Shown here one piece after another: positions 38,179 through 48,400 of a DNA stretch of 64,000 nucleotides. This stretch comes from an uncultured Bifidobacteriaceae bacterium. GTDB lineage: Bacteria > Actinomycetota > Actinomycetes > S36-B12 > CAIYMF01. The notes below the pieces were generated by a model that was not told the DNA's origin, ran no database searches, and saw only the letters and a list, made by a program, of their open reading frames with translations. The stretch covers positions 63,115 to 127,114 of the forward strand of contig CAZWXF010000001.1 of the NCBI GenBank assembly GCA_964638055.1, written 5' to 3'. Made by a program: the position numbers and the translations under genes. Position 1 is the stretch's first letter. Every line of letters starts with the position of its first letter.

Positions 38179-39717
38179 TCAGCCACCGATCTCGCCGCGT
38201 GGGGCCCCTCCACCGGGCGCCAGCCTCGAGCGCCGGAACTCGTCAGCGGCGCGCTCGCCCGCGCGTCTGCTGGCCGCCGCGGACGCGGCGGCGGTGGCCG
38301 AACGGCGCCAGCTTCCCCGCGCGGCGCTCACACGCCGGTAGTAGTCGGTGACCGCCATGTCCCGAGCGCGCAGCGCCAGGGCGACGCGCTCCCGCTCCTG
38401 GCCGTCCGATCCGACGCCCCGGGATGCGGGGTGATCCTCTCGACCGTGCTCCAGGCCCGCACCGTCCTGCGGACCCGGAGCGCTGCGCTGCCCGCACGCT
38501 GTGCCCGAGGGGCCGGCCCGCTCCTGGTGCGCCTGGGACGACACGCTGGCCAGCCGCTGCCCGAGGCGATGGGTGAACCCCAGGCAGAAGGCGTTGCGCG
38601 CGATGACCGCCGTGACCGGTCGGGGGGTTGCTGACCCGGGGGCCAGGTAGCCAGTGCCCTCCCACGAGCGTGACCGCACGTGCAGGGTGGCCCGGTCGAG
38701 CATCATCACGGCGGCGGTCGCATACAGGGATTCGACCTGGTCGAGATCCCCGGGGATGCCGTACACGAGGGCGTACGTGGACCCCGGCCCCACATCGACC
38801 CGGACTCCGAAGGTCGACGAGATCACGCAGAGCAGCTCGGTCAGCTGCTTGTTCTGCGGGCTTCGCGGAGCTCCGATGGTCAGCATCCGGTGCGATGGTC
38901 CCGCCGACGGCGCACCGGAGCTGGCCGCGAGCGCCGCGACCGCCATGTCGATGCTGTGACGCTGGGCCACCAGGGCGGCCTTCGCGACGTATGCCTCAGC
39001 CTCGTCGGCGTTGTCGGTGCCCTGGGCCTTGGCCAGGAGGGCGGCCACCCGCGCCAGCTGACCCTCGGGGCCCGGCCTCGACCGTGCGTCGGGCAGCTCG
39101 TCCAGCGGGGCGATCAGGGTGCGCAGCAGGTGCCCCGCCCCGGGCCCGAGGTGCTCGCGGTAGAGGTCCGTGAGGACCTGGCGGAAGGTCGGGCCGTGAC
39201 CGGGCTCACTGGCCAGGTGGTGTGCGATCTCGTGGAGCAGGACCGGCGCGGTCAGGGCCCACCTGCCGCGGGGGTCGGCCAGCGGGACGCGGATCTCGCC
39301 AGCGCGGCTCTGGCCGTCCGCGACCGGCGACCCCACCGACGACGACCCCACCGACGGTGGGGCGATCCGGCGGCGGTAGGACGCCCGGCGGAAGCCCCGG
39401 GCCGGGACGACGCGCACCGGGCCAGCATCCGGACTGTACGAGGTGCTCGAGGGCGCGGCGAGGATGCGGTCCACGAACCGTTGCATGGATTCGATCGTCG
39501 CGAAGCTCACGATCGCCGGGAGGACGAGGACATCCCCGGCCACCCGGACGCGGCGATCGGCCCGGGCCATGACGCGGGCAACCGTGTCCTCGGCTTGGTA
39601 GACGACCCCGCGACCGCGGTCCACACGCGGATCGCTGCTCGCCGCGCAGTGCTCGCCGCTCGACGGGTGGCCCGCCTGACGGCCCTGCCGCAGCTCCCAG
39701 TCCGTTGCTCCTGTCAT
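38179..39717 (-). CDS. Fusion protein: N-terminal putative zinc metallohydrolase (HExxH, TIGR04338-like) plus a C-terminal DUF2786-like domain
   Basis: The N-terminal half carries LLHEIAHHL...HGPTFR. The middle has LARVAALLAKAQGTDNADEAEAYVAKAALVAQRHSI, the hallmark helix pair of DUF2786. The C-terminus has a basic tail, DYYRRVSAARGSW. The reading frame is continuous over 512 codons. Confidence 0.7.
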   Translation of the reverse strand: MTGATDWELRQGRQAGHPSSGEHCAASSDPRVDRGRGVVYQAEDTVARVMARADRRVRVAGDVLVLPAIVSFATIESMQRFVDRILAAPSSTSYSPDAGPVRVVPARGFRRASYRRRIAPPSVGSSSVGSPVADGQSRAGEIRVPLADPRGRWALTAPVLLHEIAHHLASEPGHGPTFRQVLTDLYREHLGPGAGHLLRTLIAPLDELPDARSRPGPEGQLARVAALLAKAQGTDNADEAEAYVAKAALVAQRHSIDMAVAALAASSGAPSAGPSHRMLTIGAPRSPQNKQLTELLCVISSTFGVRVDVGPGSTYALVYGIPGDLDQVESLYATAAVMMLDRATLHVRSRSWEGTGYLAPGSATPRPVTAVIARNAFCLGFTHRLGQRLASVSSQAHQERAGPSGTACGQRSAPGPQDGAGLEHGREDHPASRGVGSDGQERERVALALRARDMAVTDYYRRVSAARGSWRRSATAAASAAASRRAGERAADEFRRSRLAPGGGAPRGEIGG

Positions 39718-39850
39718 GCCCGCACCCTGCCATGGGGGTCCGACATCGACCGAGGATCCCCGTCCACAGGCTTCACCGGTGGCCCTCGGGGAGCGGCGGT
39801 CCGGATGTGATCACGAGGCGCCGGAGTCCGATCCGAGCCTCGCAGGCCTC

Positions 39851-39872
39851 AGCGGGGCCAGCCCTCCCCGCT
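39851..39872 (-). terminator. Hairpin downstream of ileS
   Basis: On the minus strand, AGCGGGG-agggctgg-CCCCGCT forms a 7-bp stem. It lies 24 nt after the ileS stop. Confidence 0.35.
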
Positions 39873-39895
39873 ACGCAGGGCCCAACGAGCCGGGC

Positions 39896-42800
39896 CTACG
39901 CCCGGCGAAGCGCGTACCGCAGCCCCAGCTCGACGTCCTCGCCGGAGTGCCCGTCCTCGAGGACAGCGCCGTCCAGCGCGACTGCGACAGCCAGCACCTC
40001 GCGAGCGATCGTCGGGCTGTGCTGGGCAAGCGCCGCGGCCAGCGGCGAACCCTCCGGTGCCGACAGCCAGAGCTCGATGCGGTCGCTGACATCCAGCCCG
40101 GCGGCCTTCCGTGCGTCCTGGACGAGCCGGACCACCTCACGGGCCAGGCCGCGCTGGATCAGGTCCGGGGTGAGCGTGAGGTCGAGGGCCAGGGTCTCCC
40201 CGGCGTCGGTGGCCACCGCCCAACCCTCGCGGGGGGTCTCGGTGATGATCACGTCGTCCGGACCGATCTGAACCTCGTGGCCGTCGACGAGCACGCTGGC
40301 CGATCCCCGGGCGCGCAGCTGGTTGGCCAGGACCGTCGGATCGGCGGCGACGACCGCCGCTGCCACGGGTTGCGTGCCCTTGCCGAAGCGACGTCCGAGC
40401 GAGCGGAAGTTCGCCCTGACCCCGACGTGCACCAGATCCTCCTCGGCCCCGGACTCGCGGCTGCCCAGGCCCACGACGCTACCTACGTTGAGCTCCTCGG
40501 CCAGCTGGTCGCGAAGCTCGACGGGCACCTGCCCCCACCCCGGCGCCGAGACGAGCGCCCGCCCGAGGGGCTGCCGAGTGCGGACCCGGCCCTCGGCACG
40601 GGCCCCTCGACCCAGCTCGACGAGGCGGCGCACGAGGGCGACCTGCTCGGCCAGCCCGGCGTCGGCCCCCGCACCTGAGTCGTCGGGCCAGTCCTGCAGG
40701 TGCACCGAGTCGTCCGGCCCGGCCGCGAACAGGTCCAGCCAGACCTGCTCGGTCACGAACGGCGTGAAGGGGGCGAGCAGGAGGGTCACGGTCCGCAGGC
40801 ACTCGTGCAGGGTCTGCAGCGCGGCGGGCTCGCCCTCCCAGAAGCGGCGTCGCGAGCGGCGCACGTACCAGTTGGACAGGTCGTCGATGTAGGTGGCCAG
40901 CAGGCGCCCGGCCCGCTGCGTGTCGAAGACCTCGAGCGCGGCGGTCACCTCGGCGGACAGGCGGCTGGCCTCGGCCAGGGCCCACCGGTCCAGGACGGGG
41001 CGCTCGGCCACGGCGGGGGCGTCCCCGGTGTCCGGCACGAAGCCGGCGGATCGCGCGTAGAGCGACTGGAAGGAGACCGTGTTCCAGTACGTGAGCAGCG
41101 TCCGGCGCACGACGTCGCCGATCGCGGCATGCCCGACCCGGCGGGCCTGCCACGGCGACCCGGCGGCGAGCATGAACCAGCGGACGGCATCGGCGCCGTG
41201 CTCGTCCATGAGGCCGATCGGGTCCAGCACGTTGCCCAGGTGCTTGCTCATCTTGCGGCCCTCCTCGTCGAGGATGTGGCCGAGGACGAGCACCGTCCGG
41301 TACGACGACTGGTCGAACACCAGCGTGCCGATCGCCATGAGTGTGTAGAACCAGCCGCGGGTCTGGTCGATCGCCTCGCAGATGAAGTCGGCCGGGTACC
41401 TGGTGTCGAACAGCTCGCGTCCGGCATGCGGGAAGCCCCACTGTGCGAAGGGCATCGCGCCGCTGTCGTACCAGCAGTCGATGACCTCGGGCACGCGTGT
41501 CGCCGTGCCGCCGCACTGCGGGCAGGGCAGCGTCACGTCATCGACGAACGGCCGGTGCGGGTCGAGCTCGCTGAGGTCCTGGCCCGCCAGCTCGCCCAGC
41601 TCGGCCAGCGACTCGACGACGGTCAGGTGGTCGTCCGGACAGCGCCAGATCGGCAGCGGGGTTCCCCAGTAGCGGTTGCGCGAAAGCGCCCAGTCGACGT
41701 TGTTCTCCAGCCAGTCACCGTACCGGCCCCACTTGATCGTGCCGGGGTGCCACGTCGTCGACTCGTTCTCGCGGACCAGGGCGTCCTTGATGGCGGTGGT
41801 ACGGATGTACCAGGACGGCTGCGCGTAGTAGAGCAGCGGCGTGTGGCAGCGCCAGCAGTGCGGGTACGCGTGCTCGTAGGCCTCCTGGCGGAAGAGCAGG
41901 CCGCGCGCGGCGAGGTCGGCGACGAGCTCCTTGTCGGCTGTCTTGAAGAACAGCCCCCCGACCAGGCCGACCGTCTCCTCGAACGTGCCGTCGGGACGCA
42001 GCGGGTTGACCACGGGCAGGCCGTAGCTCCGGCAGGAGATGAGGTCGTCAGCCCCGAAGGCGGGGGCCTGGTGGACCAGGCCGGTGCCGTCGGAGGTCGT
42101 CACGTAGTCGGCCAGGATCACGTAGTGCGCGTCCGGGATGGCTACGAGGTCGAAGGGCCGGGAGTAGTGGGACCGCTCGAGCTCGGTGCCCGGGAACGTC
42201 GCCAGAACCTCGTGGCCCTCGGGCAGCTTCGACTCGCGCAGCGCCTCGGCGATGACGAGCAGCTCGGAGCCGCCGTGGCCGTCGGGAACCCGGACGACCT
42301 GGTACTGCGCGTCGGGCCGGACCGCCACGGCCGTGTTGCTGACCAGGGTCCAGGGGGTCGTGGTCCATGCCAGCAGGCTCACGCCGGGGAACCGCTCGGC
42401 GATCGCGCCGCTGGTCAGGGGCATCCGCACGTACACCGACGGGTCGACCACGTCCTCGTATCCCTGCGCGAGCTCATGGTCGGACAGGCCCGTCCCGCAG
42501 CGGGGGCAGTAGGGGCTGACGCGATGGTCCTGGACGAGCAGCCCCTTGCCGAAGATGCGCTTGAGCGACCACCAGACACTCTGCACGTAGCCGGCGTCCA
42601 TCGTCCAGTAGGCCTGGTCCATGTCCACCCAGTAGCCCATGCGCTCGGTGAGCACGGCGAACTCGTCGACGTGGCGCAGCACCGACTCGCGACAGCGCTC
42701 GTTGAAGCGGGCCACGCCGTAGGCCTCGATGTCCGCCTTGCCGGAGAACCCGAGCTCGCGCTCGACGGCGAGCTCCACAGGAAGCCCATGGCAGTCCCAG

Positions 42801-43090
42801 CCGGCCTTGCGGTCCACCCGCAGGCCACGCATGGTCTGGAAGCGGGGGAAGACGTCCTTGAAGACTCGGGCTTCGACGTGATGGGTGCCGGGCTTGCCGT
42901 TCGCGGTCGGGGGGCCCTCGTAGAACGTCCACTCCGGCGCCCCCTGACGCCGGGCCAGCGAGCGGTGGAACACGTCATGCTCGGTCCAGTGGGCCAGGAT
43001 GCGCCGGTCGAGGGCGGGCAGGTCGACCCGTGGCGGGACAGCCGCGTAGCCGCGCGCCCGGGGCGCGTTGAGGTTCGGGCTCATCATCAC
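39896..43090 (-). CDS. ileS: Isoleucine--tRNA ligase
   Basis: The HIGH-type motif PPTANGKPGTHHV and the KMSKS-type motif GRKMSKHLGN are present. It is 1064 aa. Confidence 0.95.
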   Translation of the reverse strand: MMMSPNLNAPRARGYAAVPPRVDLPALDRRILAHWTEHDVFHRSLARRQGAPEWTFYEGPPTANGKPGTHHVEARVFKDVFPRFQTMRGLRVDRKAGWDCHGLPVELAVERELGFSGKADIEAYGVARFNERCRESVLRHVDEFAVLTERMGYWVDMDQAYWTMDAGYVQSVWWSLKRIFGKGLLVQDHRVSPYCPRCGTGLSDHELAQGYEDVVDPSVYVRMPLTSGAIAERFPGVSLLAWTTTPWTLVSNTAVAVRPDAQYQVVRVPDGHGGSELLVIAEALRESKLPEGHEVLATFPGTELERSHYSRPFDLVAIPDAHYVILADYVTTSDGTGLVHQAPAFGADDLISCRSYGLPVVNPLRPDGTFEETVGLVGGLFFKTADKELVADLAARGLLFRQEAYEHAYPHCWRCHTPLLYYAQPSWYIRTTAIKDALVRENESTTWHPGTIKWGRYGDWLENNVDWALSRNRYWGTPLPIWRCPDDHLTVVESLAELGELAGQDLSELDPHRPFVDDVTLPCPQCGGTATRVPEVIDCWYDSGAMPFAQWGFPHAGRELFDTRYPADFICEAIDQTRGWFYTLMAIGTLVFDQSSYRTVLVLGHILDEEGRKMSKHLGNVLDPIGLMDEHGADAVRWFMLAAGSPWQARRVGHAAIGDVVRRTLLTYWNTVSFQSLYARSAGFVPDTGDAPAVAERPVLDRWALAEASRLSAEVTAALEVFDTQRAGRLLATYIDDLSNWYVRRSRRRFWEGEPAALQTLHECLRTVTLLLAPFTPFVTEQVWLDLFAAGPDDSVHLQDWPDDSGAGADAGLAEQVALVRRLVELGRGARAEGRVRTRQPLGRALVSAPGWGQVPVELRDQLAEELNVGSVVGLGSRESGAEEDLVHVGVRANFRSLGRRFGKGTQPVAAAVVAADPTVLANQLRARGSASVLVDGHEVQIGPDDVIITETPREGWAVATDAGETLALDLTLTPDLIQRGLAREVVRLVQDARKAAGLDVSDRIELWLSAPEGSPLAAALAQHSPTIAREVLAVAVALDGAVLEDGHSGEDVELGLRYALRRA

Positions 43091-43196
43091 GTCCTCGCGA
43101 TCGTGGGAATGGCCCAGATTCTAGTGTCGGAGGTCTGGCACTATCCTCGCCCTTTGGCTGCACTCCGTCTGGTGCAGGCACGGAAGGCGGGTTGGG

Positions 43197-43817
43197 ATGC
43201 GTGCTGCGCGCTGGGTCGGCGATGGGCTGCGTCGGGCGGTGGCAGGCGCCGCTGGAGTCCTCCCCGGCTCGACCCGTGAGGCACCTGTCCCTGTCCCGCA
43301 GGTCGATCCTGCCGCATCGACGCGGACGACCGGGCGCGGGGCCCCCGTCCTCGCGACGGTCCAAGGGCCCGCCGCCCAGCCGCAGGTCCGGCATGCCGTG
43401 ACGGGGCCGTCGGAGGCAGCGAGGCAGACGCATGCGCTCCCGGCCGCCTCCGGTGCTCTGAGCGCCGACGAGGTCGCTGCGCTCCGGTTCGAGCTGGAGG
43501 CGGAGGTCGCGCGGCTGAACCGGGAACTCCACAGCGCTGGCGCCGACCTGGCCGGGCTCATCGCGGACTCGGTCGACGGCTCGGGTGACGACGACGCCGA
43601 TGCGGGCGCCAAGACCTTCGAGCGCGAGCACGAGATGGCGGTCAGCGCCAACACCCGCGAGGTCCTCGGTCAGGCCGAGCATGCCCTGGCCAGGATCGCC
43701 GAGGGCTCCTACGGCATCTGCGAGGGCTGTGACCACCCCATCGGCAAGCGCCGACTGCAGGCGTTCCCCCGTGCGACCCTGTGCATCGACTGCAAGCAGC
43801 GGCAGGAGCGCCGCTGA
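43197..43817 (+). CDS. TraR/DksA-family C4 zinc-finger protein
   Basis: The C-terminus reads GSYGICEGCDHPIGKRRLQAFPRATLCIDCKQ (CxxC-N17-CxxC). The first 67 residues or so are low complexity, so the true start may be the GTG at 43398. Confidence 0.8.
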   Translation: MRAARWVGDGLRRAVAGAAGVLPGSTREAPVPVPQVDPAASTRTTGRGAPVLATVQGPAAQPQVRHAVTGPSEAARQTHALPAASGALSADEVAALRFELEAEVARLNRELHSAGADLAGLIADSVDGSGDDDADAGAKTFEREHEMAVSANTREVLGQAEHALARIAEGSYGICEGCDHPIGKRRLQAFPRATLCIDCKQRQERR

Positions 43818-43818
43818 G

Positions 43819-44409
43819 GTGAGCAAGCTGCCGGTCACGCTCGGGGTTGCCGCCGCGGTGGTGATCCTGGACCAGGTGACCAAGGCACTGGCCGTGCACC
43901 ACCTCGAGGGTCACGTGCCGATCGAGCTCCTCGGCCCCTGGCTGAAGCTCACCTTCGTCCGCAATCCCGGTGCGGCGTTCTCGTTCGCGGGCAACGCGAC
44001 AATCCTCATCAGCATCATCGCCATCGTCGTCACCGTGGCGATCGTGCGGACTGCCCGGACCCTCGCCAGCACCTGGTGGGCAGTCGTCCTGGGCGGCGTC
44101 CTGGGCGGGGCGCTCGGGAACCTGCTCGATCGCCTGTTCCGGGCCCCGGGGCCCTTCCGCGGCGAGGTCGTCGACTTCCTGCAGCTGCCGAGCTGGCCGG
44201 TCTTCAACGTCGCGGACATGGCGCTGGTGGGCTCGGCGATCCTGGCCGTGATCCTGAGCATCGCCGGCCTGGACCTGCTCGAGGGCAAGGACCACGGCCC
44301 CGGGAGTGGTCCCACGTCGGAGCCCGGGGCCTCCGAGCAGGAGTGGGACCAGGCTGCTCCCGCGCCTGACCCCCCCGATCCGGCCGGGCGAGAAGGGGGC
44401 GGGCGATGA
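43819..44409 (+). CDS. lspA: Lipoprotein signal peptidase (signal peptidase II)
   Basis: ILDQVTK, the fragment FVRNPGAAFS, NLLDR and the fragment FNVADMAL are present. The GTG at 43819 comes directly after the upstream stop. Confidence 0.9.
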   Translation: MSKLPVTLGVAAAVVILDQVTKALAVHHLEGHVPIELLGPWLKLTFVRNPGAAFSFAGNATILISIIAIVVTVAIVRTARTLASTWWAVVLGGVLGGALGNLLDRLFRAPGPFRGEVVDFLQLPSWPVFNVADMALVGSAILAVILSIAGLDLLEGKDHGPGSGPTSEPGASEQEWDQAAPAPDPPDPAGREGGGR

Positions 44410-45332
44410 GCCCCGCGCGGCTGGCCCACGTGCCCGAGGGACTGGCCGGAGAGCGGGTGGACGCGGCGCTTGCGCGGATGTTCGGCCTCTCCCGGACCAG
44501 GGCTGCCGATCTGGCGGAGGAGGGCCTCGTCCTGGTCGAGGGACGCCGGGCGGGCAAGAGCGACAGGCTGGCCCCGGGGCAGCTCGTCGAGGTCGAGATC
44601 CCCGACATCCCTGACCTGGCAGAGCGTGAGGAGCCCGACCACGCCGGGCTGACCGTGGTGCACGACGACGCAGACATCGTGGTGGTGGCCAAGCCGGTCG
44701 GGATGGTCGCTCACCCCTCGCTCGGCTTCGACGGCCCCAGCGTGACCGGCGTGCTGCGGGCGCGGGGCTTCCGCATCAGCACCTCGGGCGCCCCGGAGCG
44801 TCGGGGAATCGTGCAGCGACTGGACGTGGGCACGTCCGGGGTCATGGTGCTGGCCAAGAGCGAGCCGGCCTACAGCCACCTCAAAGACCAGTTCCGCCAG
44901 CGCACGCCGCTGAAGGTGTATCACGCGCTGGTCCAGGGCCTGCCGGATCCGGTTGTCGGCACGATCGACGCCCCCATCGGCCGGCACCCCCACCATGACT
45001 GGAAGTTCAGCGTGCGAGCGGGGGGCAAGCCGGCGATCACCCACTACTCGTTGATCGAGGCCTTCCGGTTCGCCAGCCTGCTGGAGGTCCACCTCGAGAC
45101 CGGGCGCACCCACCAGATCAGGGTCCACATGGCCGCGATCAGGCACCCGTGCGTCGGCGACCCCCTGTACGGCGCCGATCCGGTCCTTGCGGCGCGTTGC
45201 GGGCTGGACCGCCAGTGGCTGCACGCCCTGCGACTGGGGTTCGTCCACCCCGGGTCGGGGGAGTGGGTGGAGTTCGAGGCGCCCTATCCCGAGGATCTGA
45301 CCCGGGCCCTGGAGCTGCTGACGGCCGACTGA
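44406..45332 (+). CDS. rluD: RluA/RluD-family pseudouridine synthase
   Basis: An S4-like N-terminus (GERVDAALARMFGLSRTRAADL), the catalytic motif HRLDVGTSGVMVLAK and TGRTHQIRVH are present. An ATGA overlap joins it to lspA. Confidence 0.9.
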   Translation: MSPARLAHVPEGLAGERVDAALARMFGLSRTRAADLAEEGLVLVEGRRAGKSDRLAPGQLVEVEIPDIPDLAEREEPDHAGLTVVHDDADIVVVAKPVGMVAHPSLGFDGPSVTGVLRARGFRISTSGAPERRGIVQRLDVGTSGVMVLAKSEPAYSHLKDQFRQRTPLKVYHALVQGLPDPVVGTIDAPIGRHPHHDWKFSVRAGGKPAITHYSLIEAFRFASLLEVHLETGRTHQIRVHMAAIRHPCVGDPLYGADPVLAARCGLDRQWLHALRLGFVHPGSGEWVEFEAPYPEDLTRALELLTAD

Positions 45333-45424
45333 GCCCGCGGCAGGGCTCGGATGTCCCGGCGTACGGCCGGCGGTCGGCGTGGCGCGCGTCAGGGCCCTCG
45401 GGTCGGGTGCTGGATGGTGCCCGA

Positions 45425-48400
45425 TCAGCCCAGGCAGTGCGGGCCGAGCAGCGCCTTGAGGTCGCCGTACAGCGCCGAGGACGGGCTGACCCGCAGCCGC
45501 TCGTCGATCGACAGCACGGTCGTGCGGGCCCCGTTGCGGATGTGCAGGTGGACCGGCGCCATGCCGGGGTGCCCCGCCAGGACCTCGCGCAGCCGAGCGA
45601 CCACCGGCGGGATGCAGCGGCTCACGTCCAGATGCAGCGCGACCGGGGCGCTGCGGCCGTCCTCGACGACGTTGGGCGCGGAGATGTCGGTCGCCCGGAG
45701 CTTGGCCGCACCCTCGTCGCCGCGGTCGATCCGGCCGCGCACCACCAGGACCCGGTCCTCGGCGATGTGCGGTCCGGCGGTCGCGTACAGCGCGGGGAAG
45801 CACAGCACCTCCACCGAACCGGCGAGGTCCTCCAGCGTGAACAGCGCCCACGGCTCGCCCTTGGCGCGCGTGGTCTTGCGCTGCACCCCGGTGACCAGGC
45901 CCGCCACGGTCACCGGCTGGCCGTCCGACACCGACTCGCCCGAGAGGGCGGAGATCGGCATGTCCGCCAAGGAGGACAGGACGTTCTCCAAGCCGAAGAG
46001 GGGATGGTCGCTGACGTAGAGCCCGAGCATGTCGCGCTCGTGCGCGAGCAGGGTCCGCTTGTCCCACTCGGTCGGTGGCGGGGTGACGCGCACGCCCGCG
46101 GCGACCTCGGACTGGTCGTCGTCGAGGTCGGCGAAGAGGTCGAACTGCCCCATCGCCTGGGAGCGCTTGGTGTCCAGGGCCGCGTCGATCGTCTGCTCGT
46201 GGATGGACACCAGCCCGTGGCGGGTATGGCCGAAGCTGTCGAAGGCGCCTGCCTTGATCAGCGAATCCACGACCCTCTTGTTGCAGACCGAGATCTCCAC
46301 CTTGTCGATGAAGTCGTGGAAGTCGGCGAAGCGGCCCTTGCTCGTGCGGGTCCGGATGATGGACTCCACGACGTTGGTCCCGACGTTGCGGATCGCGGAC
46401 AGGCCGAACCGGACGTCGGTCCCGCGCGGCGCGAAGTCCGACTGCGACTCGTTGACATCCGGCGGCAGGACCTTGATGCCCATCCGGCGGCACTCGTTGA
46501 GGTAGATCGCGGACTTGTCCTTGTCGTCGGCGATCGAGGTCAGCAGGGCGGCCATGTACTCGGCCGGGTAGTTGGCCTTGAGGTAGGCCGTCCAGTACGA
46601 GACCAGCCCGTAGCCCGCGGTGTGCGCCTTGTTGAAGGCGTAGTCGGAGAACGGGACGAGCGTCGCCCACAGGGCCTCGATCGACGCCTCGGAGTACCCG
46701 CTCGCACGCATCCCCTCGGCGAAGGGCACGTACTCCTTGTCCAGGATCTCCTTCTTCTTCTTGCCCATCGCGCGGCGCAGCAGGTCTGCCTTGCCCAGCG
46801 AGTAGCCGGCCAGCTGCTGGGCGATCGCCATGACCTGTTCCTGGTAGACGATCAGGCCGTAGGTGTCGGCCAGCAGTGCGTCCAGGGGTCCGGCCAGCTC
46901 CGGATGGATCGGCTTGATCTCCTGGCGGCCGTTCTTGCGGTCGGCGAAGTCGTTGTGGGCGTTGACGCCCATCGGTCCCGGCCGGTAGAGGGCAAGCACC
47001 GCGGAGATGTCCTCGAAGTCCGTCGGGCCCAGGCGCACGAGCAGTGCCCTCATGCCCGCGTTGTCCAGCTGGAACACGCCCAGGGTGTCGCCACTGGCCA
47101 GGAGCCTGTATGTCGCCGGGTCATCCAGGGTGAGCTCCTCCAGGACCACTTTCTCCCCGCGGTTGCTCTCGATGTGCCGCAGCGCGTCGTCGAGGATCGT
47201 CAGGTTGCGCAGGCCCAGGAAGTCCATCTTGAGCAGGCCGAGGGACTCGCAGGCGCCCATGTCGAGCTGGGTGATGATCGAGCCGTCGGCCTCCCGGCGC
47301 ATGATCGGCACCACGTCGAGCAGGGGCTCGGCCGACAGGATCACACCCGCGGCGTGCACGCCCCACTGCCGGCGCAGACCCTCCAGGCCCCTGGCCGTGT
47401 CGACGACCTCGCGCAGCGCCTCCTCCGAGTCGTAGAGGGCGCGGAACTCTCCCGCCTCCTTGTACCGCTCGTGGTTCTCGTCGAAGATCCCGGCCAGCGG
47501 GATGTCCTTGCCCATCACAGCGGGCGGCATCGCCTTGGTGAGCCGCTCGCCCACGGCGAAGGGATGTCCGAGCACCCGGGCGGAGTCCTTCAGGGCGGCC
47601 TTGGCCTTGATCGTGGAGTAGGTGACGATCTGGGCGACGCGCTCCTCGCCGTAGCGGTCGGTGGCGTAGCGGATCATCTCGGAGCGCCGGCGCTCGTCGA
47701 AGTCCATGTCGATGTCGGGCATCGAGATGCGCTCGGGGTTGAGGAACCGCTCGAACAGCAGTCCGTGGGCCATGGGGTCCAGCTCGGTGATGCCCAACGC
47801 GTAGGCGACGAGTGCGCCGGCTGCCGAACCGCGCCCGGGGCCCACACGGATCCCGACCTCCTTGGCGTGGGCGACCAGGTCGGCGGTGACGAGGAAGTAC
47901 CCCGGGAACCCCATCTGGTTGATCACGCCCAGCTCGAAAGCGGCCTGCTGGCGGCGATCCTCGGGCACGCCGCCCGGGTACCGGCGGGCCAAGCCCCGCT
48001 CCACCTCCTTGACCAGCCACGAGTCCTCCGACTCCCCCTCGGGCACGGGGAAGCGGGGCATGAGATTGCGACCTTCGGCGAACTCCACGGAGCAGCGCTC
48101 GGCAACGGCCAGGGTGTTGTCGCAGGCCTCCGGGAGCTCGGCCCAGACCCGGCGCATGTCCTCGGCGGAGCGCAGGTAGAAGTCCCGCGCGTCGAACCTG
48201 AAGCGGTTGGGGTCGGCCAGCGTCTTGCCCGTCTGCACGCACAGCAGCACCTCGTGGGCGTCGGCGTCGCCGGCGAACGTGTAGTGCAGGTCGTTGGTCG
48301 CCAGCAGGGGGAGCTTGAGGTCCCGCGCGATCCGCAGCAGGTCCTCGCGGGTGCGCCGCTCGATCTCCAGGCCGTGGTCCATGAGCTCGCAGAAGAAGTT

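Noticed and set aside
43091-43397. A possible T-box leader upstream of ileS (the minus-strand 5' region)
   Set aside because: Actinobacterial ileS genes often carry a T-box, and the leader here may be up to about 300 nt and has a CTGCAC-cagacgga-GTGCAG hairpin. However, I could not find the conserved T-box sequence (GGGUGGUACCGCG-like) or a convincing specifier loop by eye. It needs a cmsearch with RF00230 before any claim is made.
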